DNA of 64,000 nucleotides from Deltaproteobacteria bacterium CG_4_9_14_3_um_filter_63_12 (GTDB taxonomy: Bacteria; Myxococcota_A; Bradymonadia; UBA4248; UM-FILTER-63-12). Position 1 is the first letter of the stretch, and each line of letters starts with the position of its first letter. Location of the stretch: the NCBI GenBank assembly GCA_002789955.1, contig PFUG01000212.1:357-64356 (forward strand), read 5' to 3'. The translations under genes were made by a program, and so were the position numbers. Below, one piece after another: positions 59,301 through 64,000 of this stretch. Under the pieces are notes generated by a model that saw only the letters and a program-made list of their open reading frames with translations, had not been told where the DNA came from and did not search any database.

Positions 59301-61622
59301 GAGAAGGCCGATCTTCTCTGCCTGATCGGACAGATCTACGACCTGCGAATGAACGACGCGATCAACGCCGTCGACTACTACGAGAAGACCCTGCAGCTCA
59401 GCCCCTCGAACATCTACGCCGCACGCCCGTTGGCGGAAAAGTTCATCCGGGAGCAGCGCTGGGCACGCGCCGAGACGTTGCTCGAGACCCTGATCCACAA
59501 GATCGGCTACAGTCGCGACGTCGAGGATCTCTACATGCTCCACTACTGGCTCGGCTTGGCCAGCCAGGAGTTGGGACAGCAAGAGAAGTCGCTCACCCAC
59601 TTCCGTGAGTCCTACGAGCTCAACCAGGCCTATCTCCCCACCCTGCTCGGGTTGGGGCGGCAGCTCTACAACTGCCATGACTATGAGCGTGCGTACAAGA
59701 TGTTCCAGACCATCCTGGTTCAGTACGCCGAGGAACTCTCTGGCGAGCAGCTGATCCAGGTCTACTTCGACTCCGCGCAGATCAAGCACGCGACCGGAGA
59801 CATGGTTCAGTCTCAGCACCTCTTCGAGAAGGTCTTGGAGATCGATCCAACCCACGAGAAGACTCTGGGCGCCATGATCGAGCTCTGCGAAGACGCAGAG
59901 AACTGGGAGTACGTCGTCTACTACAAACGAGCGAGGCTCTCGGTCGCCGGTGACGTCGCCGAGAAGTTCGCCGAGCTCGCCGAGATGGCGGAGATCTACC
60001 AACGTCAAATGGGAGACCTCGAGAAGGCCATCTCGTGCTTCCGTGAGGCGATGGAGATCGAGCCCGACTCCAAGTTCGTGATGCTGAAGCTCCTCGACAT
60101 CTACACGAACTCGAAACAGTGGACAGAGGCCATCACCCTCCTCGACCGGCTCTGCGAGCTCGAGTCCGGGCCAGAGCGCTTGGCCAAGTTCAACTACACC
60201 ATCGGCGTCATCTACCGAGACGAGTTGAACCAGGACCTGCAAGCCGTCACCTACTTCAACCGTACGTTGGACGCGAACATCAACGAGCTCAAGGCCTTCG
60301 AGGCCATCGACCGCATCCTCACTGCCATGAAGGATTGGCGAGAGCTCGAGCGCAACTACCGCAAGATGATCAAGCGTGTCTACGACCTCGACGAAGGCCA
60401 GTTCGACGACACCAAGTTCCTGCTCTGGTACGGCTTGGCCGAGATCTATCGCACCCGGCTCACCGAGTGGGACAGCGCCATCAGCGCCTTCCAACAGGCC
60501 AGCTCACTGCGGCCCAAGGATCCCAGAATGCACCGCATCCTGGCCGATCTCTTCGTGCGCAGTGGAGACCAAGACGATGCCGCCATCGGGGAGTTCAAAA
60601 CCCTGATCAACATGCCACCGGATCCCAGTGACCCCTACGCACGTGGCGGCAATCTGCACGAGCGAAACGCAGAGTTCTACCACTCGCTTTTCAAGCTCTA
60701 CCTCAAGACCAAGCGCTACGATGAGGCTTGGTGCATCTGCAACGTGATGTGCTACCTGCGCATCGCCACCGACGAGGAGAAGCAGTTCAACGAGCGCTAC
60801 CTCGGGCCATCCCTGGTCCAGGCTCAAGGTCGCCTGACGCCCGATACGTGGAAGATGGTCTACCATCCCGACGAGAATCTGCGCATTGGCAACGTTCTCA
60901 ACGTGATCCAGGCCTACTGCCGCGATCTCTTCGCCTACGACCTGAAGAAGACGTGGTCCCTCAAGAAGAAGGACGAGCTCGATCAGAACGCGGACTTCCT
61001 CTTCTGCAAGATGTACCGCTACCTCGCCCAGGTCATCGGCGTCGTTCCGGCCCCGAAGCTCTTCCTGAAACGCGACCAGGCCCTCGGCATGATCAACGGC
61101 AACATCGATCCACCTGGCTTCATCGTCGGGGCGGACATGATGCAGGGACGTGGGCAGCGCGAGCTGGGCTTCATCATCGCTCGCCAGTTGGCTCTGGCCA
61201 CACCCATCCACTACTTGGGCGGACTGCGCCTGCCAACCGAGAACCTCAGGTTCCTGGTTATGGGCGCGATCCAGGCCGCCACCAACGCGGCGACCGCGGA
61301 TAGCAATCTCGATGCGGTCATCAAAGCGATTCACAAGATGCCACCCCCTGTGAAGGTGGACTTGGGCAAGATCCTCAAGCCCATCATCGAAGGGACGGTC
61401 GAAGTGAATATGTCGCGCTGGCTCAAGGCCATCGACAACACCTCGAACCGCGTTGGGCTCCTGCTCTGCGGCGATGTCGAGGTCGCCATGAGTGCCATCA
61501 AGAACGACCCAACTCCGATCTCGAAGCTCACCATCCCCGAGAAGGAGGCTGAGCTGCTCCAATTCGCGATCAGTGAAGAGTTCTTCCAAGTGCGAGCACG
61601 GCTCGGACTCTCCATCGCCTGA
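50319..61622 (+). CDS. Giant cytoplasmic TPR-repeat protein, 3767 aa (AgmK/GltI-like)
   Basis: Uninterrupted 11,304-bp ORF with uniform GC3 bias. N-terminal about 100-aa polyacidic disordered region, then about 90 TPR-like helical hairpins (recurrent AW..LG.LY, A..Y..VL..DP.N). AGAGG RBS. No signal peptide or TM. Confidence 0.9.
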   Translation: MSDHHETDSTPTPDAENPEESALVGAVLDAEDAAEALDEHAGDELEGSGEAAASEEASPADGEAPDADGDIDVDEQEPSEDAADEAEPSDEVVEVSWEDKAEALIAGAAAASSPEESLSKYVAAILLADQNAPGDGRIAETWGDALQRIPGLARELWARLSGRVTSEVDVWEQISIAHQVNSTDADGDEALAISEAWGWVQVLRSGEVEAGKARLQAFAEGDANGYSAAILEAVISAESGNWRKVESEIKDRLAATGLDGEPLAAEVALRLADVSMGQAARDRAVEVLRRAQRSDPEHSSLRNRLTVLYRDTAKWNAYVDLLKEAVARTPDPEEQVSIYFEMIRIYTDQMHLEAMAVKAYESLLLIEPTNERAIGALAAAYESSRRWPDLVSLLRGQADAAKSAARRVALNYRIAVVYLDNLSRQVDAIKAFEMVLEDSPYHEETIAHLKDLYGRRREWEKLIDVHKAEISRLADPFEQAERLKEVAEIADKLRQPSITALIWSEVLERSPKDEAALSALEGLYEREKDWPKLADICERKATLEEDPAEQLKLWTKLGGLYGSSIRDSEGAIRAWRAVLMLEPGHTKASDSLRKLLIDTKKWDDLETFYAEQDAGAELVRVLETLANTSKEDADVVELRFRAARVWRDDLGNPDRAVASLEKVFETDAANARAAAELAPHYESIADHAKLVAMLEIQHAAEDGLERRVELALKIATLNEKSLNDLAASYRWLASVIEQKPDHDAAYDAFERVGIQLDKAADVVKRYRDASSKVETEVERQELTFRMGIILANQLGKVDAALAMFESILEQEPDNLKALGALERILEQTGRFDELIQVNERRLGLATTPAEEAEILLSGARIHEQQRGDKVTAIESYERVRELAPKNQAALIELHRLYKERGDWEAMANAIRARLALMAEAAPRPTKRVEHRSPVQLDEDGHLDAPAGADLDEDADGNVFVVRVEEVIDETAEPQLEASVAIPLWMELGSVVQHELAEYDEAIGCYRRIMETDIENEAAQEALETLLGEGIEAGRVATILEPVYAFQADFDALVKVLSIQLEHNTVKDQQIVLWTRVAGLQRDELGDQESAFEAYGKALELLPADDEVFGQLSSVAAGLDDIPRLAAKLESITESIEDERLRTSYELRLAGIYETSLDDIERSRDFARSALQRGGKDPAVLESLEALHTRTESWDDLLAVLSKQKGRVAEEPERVLALNLRIASVKEELLQDPEGAIEVYLEVLNADGANEQALAALDRLYADLERWDEAASNLGRRLELQETEAGRDAVHCQLAKVLDRHLGESERAIEIYTEVLGRDSQNATAILDLEAMLETADPIPAESIMELLLPLYDAAGDWRKRAWVNEKMLRVVDDTQRRVALLAEIANLHESQGQEYEEAFIAYSRAHTEDPTDENTLEQLRRYAEALDVWRELVEVMQTAAETIADGTQAKEAQIRIASIYRDNLADLEGATTAYERASEYDPEDTSILDSLETIYRERSAWEPLTAVLAKKAVRCEDLTEKKEYLFQAAILCEEMLERMDRATEMYQEVLSLDSEDRTAIDSLERLYLSTERWNDLMSIYNIKIEAAQTPEQQLELYYIVGALQERELDDNYGAIETYRKVLDINSDDPHGLEALDRLYTLVEDWMNLLEILEREEATASDPDAKLELRFRQGDVWRLNLNESLRAIEVYRSVLEVHSAHEASIAALEAVIASGENGVDAAKVLEPVYKSAAEWEKLVAVYEVMFEQSEDEQGRIELLSTIAMIREDMQGDAAAAFDVWIRALHQDPRDATAWETLQRIAAVMDLWDTLVSKGGEILAKTEESDAASIVASHLARIYEENIGSPTDAISMWGRVLEVEPAEPTAIAALDGLYERQAMWPQLAETLSREIELATREEDILRFRLRLGTLYENFLEDLSEAISCYNEMLMLQAGNADAVASLERMFAAGQEQLAVGGILEPFYRDTEQWDNLVGIALALLEHFETATERYQKLLDIAEIYLGPLSNAANALFVYGRALVERPGDEFALTRLSELAEITQSWEEAVDFLAAALDASEEPTVQRELLWRMATAYNDEIGNFEQAEHAYLRVFEVDPEALDAMQALDKLYLEQSRWDDLVNVLRHEIALSQGDHEKIELYLRLGQIYEDMIQNSAAAVQSFRLALELEPSQSEALAALERIHMQSEEWELLYAVYSQQSTIADSEEVRSEIWAKMANLAAEVLDRRNDAIELWFQVLDARGADLNALQNLERLFEYDKRWPDMTDVIERQVPLVQTAEAQLELFRKLGRIWSGPLENEERALEYWRRAMDVHQEDLETLCAIKQIDENLGDYEDLVDIIRRIVALGVLEHEVQLAHYVQLGEILSQVLIRSQEAIDTWIQVLQLNPAHLQALVALEQLYVDEARWEEAVDVLDRKADVVEDSNEALNIRMQIAEIWENQVGNAELAAAAYDNVLDMDPANNDAFLRLETLHTNGENWQQLLGLYVTRAEVIEEPKTRLEVLRRAASIAEERLDQPEMAFVVLQTALADHWRDSTIANELERLADVTRNWRELVGIYEQIIETVKDPSEALELHNNVARWYFHKLNDNEKSWQHFQFVLSLDPNNLNALAALSKIYERLGSWQELVNVLVRRAELTQEVEDKIELYTQIAVVWEDNLSNEAQAIEAFRQVLALDEGNLNALRQLERIFQGTQQWEELVDVLETLCQVVYEPADVVKMRYRVGEIWETCLEVDQKAIDSYRQVLTIEETHAPALDALERLFTRLQQWADLIGVYEAQLTSAESGDEQIALYLKMATVYEEEFGDVENSIACMQRITMVDPANLMAIQTLERLYRDNGRWPDLIDALTTHISIVYDRKEQIELYRQLGEVFRDHLQDVYRAIESFRNILEIDPNHSLALGALADLYYNSADWQTCIETLNRLVAVTFEVADGVELQYRIGKIFEEHLAEYDQAEERFQIALDLDGSFMPAIDALQQLYERREDFIGVIRILKQKVEHTVDLEEKADLLCLIGQIYDLRMNDAINAVDYYEKTLQLSPSNIYAARPLAEKFIREQRWARAETLLETLIHKIGYSRDVEDLYMLHYWLGLASQELGQQEKSLTHFRESYELNQAYLPTLLGLGRQLYNCHDYERAYKMFQTILVQYAEELSGEQLIQVYFDSAQIKHATGDMVQSQHLFEKVLEIDPTHEKTLGAMIELCEDAENWEYVVYYKRARLSVAGDVAEKFAELAEMAEIYQRQMGDLEKAISCFREAMEIEPDSKFVMLKLLDIYTNSKQWTEAITLLDRLCELESGPERLAKFNYTIGVIYRDELNQDLQAVTYFNRTLDANINELKAFEAIDRILTAMKDWRELERNYRKMIKRVYDLDEGQFDDTKFLLWYGLAEIYRTRLTEWDSAISAFQQASSLRPKDPRMHRILADLFVRSGDQDDAAIGEFKTLINMPPDPSDPYARGGNLHERNAEFYHSLFKLYLKTKRYDEAWCICNVMCYLRIATDEEKQFNERYLGPSLVQAQGRLTPDTWKMVYHPDENLRIGNVLNVIQAYCRDLFAYDLKKTWSLKKKDELDQNADFLFCKMYRYLAQVIGVVPAPKLFLKRDQALGMINGNIDPPGFIVGADMMQGRGQRELGFIIARQLALATPIHYLGGLRLPTENLRFLVMGAIQAATNAATADSNLDAVIKAIHKMPPPVKVDLGKILKPIIEGTVEVNMSRWLKAIDNTSNRVGLLLCGDVEVAMSAIKNDPTPISKLTIPEKEAELLQFAISEEFFQVRARLGLSIA

Positions 61623-61658
61623 TCCGAAAGCGACGGCCAAATTCAAACCACCACGCCG

Positions 61659-61687
61659 AAGCGAGAGGGACTCCCCCTCTCGCTTCC
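61659..61687 (+). terminator. Perfect 12-bp-stem hairpin GAAGCGAGAGGG-actc-CCCTCTCGCTTC after the giant gene (no U-tract)
   Basis: Read directly from the sequence. A second 7-bp-stem hairpin lies at 61707-61727. Confidence 0.4.
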
Positions 61688-61848
61688 GCTTGGCGAGTGT
61701 TCAGTCGGTGCTCAGGCGAGCACCGCAGTAAAAGAAATCACCGAAGAACGCGTTCCCACAAAGCGGCCCTTCACACCTGGGTCTGCGGGCGAGTTGTCGG
61801 TGCTGCACGAGCCGCAAACGTCACGGCTCATTTGGAATCTAGACCCCC

Positions 61849-61920
61849 GCTTGCCCACGACCGATTTTCGCTTCATTTCGATATGTTACGGTGCGAAATT
61901 CGGTCGTCCGCTCGGCAATT
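61849..61920 (+). repeat. Copy D of family-1 palindromic repeat
   Basis: GCTTGCCCACGACCGATTTTCGCTTCATTTCGATATGTTACGGTGCGAAATTCGGTCGTCCGCTCGGCAATT. Confidence 0.8.
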
Positions 61921-61942
61921 CTTCTGACTGAGAGGTGAGGAC

Positions 61943-62845
61943 ATGGCAGGAACCCTCTTCGTCGTCGCGACACCCCTCGGAAACCTTGAGGACATCACCC
62001 TGCGCGCACGCAGGATCCTCCAGGACGTGCTTTGGATCGCCTGCGAAGACACCCGACATTCTGGGCGCTTCCTGCGAGGACTCGGCGCCAACGCCAGCCT
62101 CCTCAGCTACCACGCCCACAACGAAGCCAGCCGCGAGGCGAAGATCCTCGGGATCCTGCAAAACGGCGAAGACGTCGCGCTGATCGCGGACGCTGGCACT
62201 CCCTGCATCTCAGATCCCGGCGAGCGCCTCGTGCGCGCCTGCCGCGCCGCCGGTCTCACCGTCGTCCCAATCCCTGGGCCGAGCGCCGTCATCACCGCCC
62301 TCTCAGGCAGCGGGTTGCCCTCTGGCCGCTTTCATTTCGAAGGCTTTTTGCCTCGAGAAGACAAGCATCGGCGCGCGCGGCTCGAAGCACTCAACTCGAG
62401 CGAGACGACTTTTGTCCTTTATGAGTCGCCCAAGAGAATCCACAAGCTGCTCGAAGAGCTCGTCGAAATCTGCGGCGAATCGCGCCAGGTTTGCGTCGCT
62501 CGTGAGCTGACCAAGATGCACGAAGAGTTCTTGAACGCCACCGCTCGCGAGCTGCTAGACCAAATCAGCGAGCGCAACGCGCTCAAGGGCGAGTTCACCG
62601 TGATCGTCGAGGCCTCCGAACCGAAGCAGGAAGACGCCGACGACGTGCGCGTCGCCGCCCTCGTGCAGACCTTGCGCAACGAGGGGCTGAGCGATCGCAG
62701 CATTCGCGGGGTCATCATGGAGACCTTCGAATTGAGCCGAAACGCCGCCTACGCCTACGTGCTCGACCTCGCGGACGGCCCCGCGGACGGCCCCGCGGAC
62801 GGCCCCACGGACGGGCTCGCGGACGGCCCCGCGGACGAAAGCTGA
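61943..62845 (+). CDS. rsmI: 16S rRNA (cytidine1402-2'-O)-methyltransferase with C-terminal (ADGP)n repeat tail
   Basis: LFVVATPLGNLEDIT, EDTRHSG, DAGTPCISDPG, VPIPGPSA and YESPKR match RsmI. GAGGTGAGG RBS. Confidence 0.9.
   Translation: MAGTLFVVATPLGNLEDITLRARRILQDVLWIACEDTRHSGRFLRGLGANASLLSYHAHNEASREAKILGILQNGEDVALIADAGTPCISDPGERLVRACRAAGLTVVPIPGPSAVITALSGSGLPSGRFHFEGFLPREDKHRRARLEALNSSETTFVLYESPKRIHKLLEELVEICGESRQVCVARELTKMHEEFLNATARELLDQISERNALKGEFTVIVEASEPKQEDADDVRVAALVQTLRNEGLSDRSIRGVIMETFELSRNAAYAYVLDLADGPADGPADGPTDGLADGPADES
62771..62836 (+). repeat. 12-bp tandem repeat (GCGGACGGCCCC)x5 encoding ADGP repeats at the rsmI 3' end
   Basis: Read directly from the sequence. Encodes LADGPADGPADGPTDGLADGPADES. 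Confidence 0.85.
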
Positions 62846-62854
62846 CTCATGGCG

Positions 62855-64000
62855 TCAGGGGAGCATGCCGAAGAACTTCAGACCTTGGACCATCACCTCG
62901 TTGCGGCGCGCACCTGAGTCAATGCTCTCGAAAGGGAAGCCCCAGACCAGCAGCTTGTAGTCCCCGTCGTACTCGATCCCTGCAGAGCCACTCGTGCCGC
63001 CCTCGTAGGCGAGGTTTGAGCGCGCTCCGTTCACGGGCGAAAGCACGTCGGGCGTAGTGATGTCCATGAAACCCGGCGTGTTGAACCCGATCAAGTTGGA
63101 CCCCCCAAAGGCCCCACCGTTGGCGCGGGCGACCAAGGTGCAGGCGTCGTCCGAGGCGAAGCGCACTTTCAGCACCTCCTCCAAGAAACGCTTCCCGTCG
63201 TCGCCTTCGGTGAGCAAGTCGAAACCGAGCTCGGAGCCCGTGATCCAGAGCGCTCCACCTTGCTTGAGATAGCCTTCGAGTGTGTCCCGCTCCAACGCCG
63301 TCAACGCCTTGGACTCCCCAGCCTCCTCGCCTAGAGCCCAGATGACCAAGGGGTAGCCCGAGAGGGGGAGGGACGCGGCGGTCTCCTCGTTGGCGCAGGT
63401 GTCGAACGCCACCCCATCGATGGCTTGTCCATATTCGGCCATAAAGGCATGCGCTGCACCCATGGCGTTCTCTTTCGCCGGTTCGTCCTGCCAGCGGTCG
63501 TCTCCATCGACTAACAAGAGCCTCGCCGCACCCTCGCCGACTGCGGCACCGTAGACATCGGAGGGCGTGCTCTCTCCGCTCTTCGAGACGGCGCTGACCC
63601 GGATATAGACTTTCTTTCCGGCCGGCACGTCTCGCAACTTCAGGCGCTCTGCGGTGCAGCCGCGAGCAACCTGTGGGCTCCAGGTGGCGCCGTCGTCGCT
63701 GAGCCAGACGCGGTAGCCGTCGGCCCCCTCGACCGCCGACCAGCTCACCTCGAGACCCCCCGCGACGTTGCGAACCATACGCAGCACCGGAGCCTCTGGT
63801 GGCGAGCCTTGTTGCAGGAGGTCGCCAGCAAAGGCTTGCACCATGTCGTCGAGGGCGGTGCGGCCGAGCTTGCGGCTCTTGACCTGATCGAGCAGGAGCG
63901 AAAAAGCGATGCGATGGTTGCCGTGTTTCGATAGAAGGACACCACTGGTGGCCAAGGTCCCATCTAGAGTTCCCGATTTGGCGAAGACCCGGCCACGGGT
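62855..64000 (-). CDS. Partial CDS (N-terminus beyond window end): secreted protein with FN3-like domain and class-I glutamine-amidotransferase-like/ThuA-like C-terminal domain
   Basis: The reading frame is open to position 64000 with no upstream stop. FN3-like VSWSAVEGADGYRVWLSDDGATWSP. C-terminal LVIWALGEEAGE..GGALWITGSE. Converges on rsmI with a 9-bp gap. Confidence 0.6.
   Translation of the reverse strand, partial: TRGRVFAKSGTLDGTLATSGVLLSKHGNHRIAFSLLLDQVKSRKLGRTALDDMVQAFAGDLLQQGSPPEAPVLRMVRNVAGGLEVSWSAVEGADGYRVWLSDDGATWSPQVARGCTAERLKLRDVPAGKKVYIRVSAVSKSGESTPSDVYGAAVGEGAARLLLVDGDDRWQDEPAKENAMGAAHAFMAEYGQAIDGVAFDTCANEETAASLPLSGYPLVIWALGEEAGESKALTALERDTLEGYLKQGGALWITGSELGFDLLTEGDDGKRFLEEVLKVRFASDDACTLVARANGGAFGGSNLIGFNTPGFMDITTPDVLSPVNGARSNLAYEGGTSGSAGIEYDGDYKLLVWGFPFESIDSGARRNEVMVQGLKFFGMLP

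Noticed and set aside
1-64000. tRNA, rRNA, CRISPR, transposase or integrase genes
   Set aside because: No cloverleaf-like conserved tRNA boxes, no rRNA-like low-GC conserved blocks, no regularly spaced short repeats, and no DDE/HUH/tyrosine-recombinase motifs were recognised in any frame. tRNA detection by eye is unreliable; tRNAscan-SE would settle it.

Overview
High-GC (about 67%) bacterial chromosomal segment. It is most consistent with a myxobacterium (Myxococcota): four Hanks-type Ser/Thr kinases plus PrkA, many TPR proteins and lipoproteins with lipoboxes, and a strongly acidic proteome that hints at a marine or halotolerant lineage. About 45 protein-coding genes, mostly on the + strand. 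Main content: (i) a roughly 23-kb co-directional, TPR-rich, envelope-spanning cluster (38.9-61.6 kb) whose gene order and protein sizes match the Agl-Glt G1 adventurous gliding-motility cluster of Myxococcus xanthus. It contains a 1138-aa periplasmic TPR protein (AgmU/GltD-like), a TPR lipoprotein (AglT/GltE-like), a small secreted protein, an FHA-TM-TonB_C protein (AgmV/GltG-like) and an 11.3-kb ORF encoding a 3767-aa TPR giant (AgmK/GltI-like); (ii) four eukaryotic-like Ser/Thr kinases and a PrkA kinase within 25 kb, one kinase co-operonic with a 1075-aa secreted PHP-like protein; (iii) housekeeping genes gcvPB (without gcvPA), mpl, glgC plus GH57, and rsmI; (iv) two families of short intergenic palindromic repeats. 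One is an AT-rich roughly 72-bp element in 4.5 copies that brackets a two-gene cassette as inverted copies; the other is a family of GC-rich GCTCGCTCG hairpins. There are also tandem repeat arrays, one in a divergent promoter region and two inside coding regions. No rRNA, tRNA, CRISPR, transposase or integrase was recognised by eye. All similarity calls are from motif reading, not database searches.
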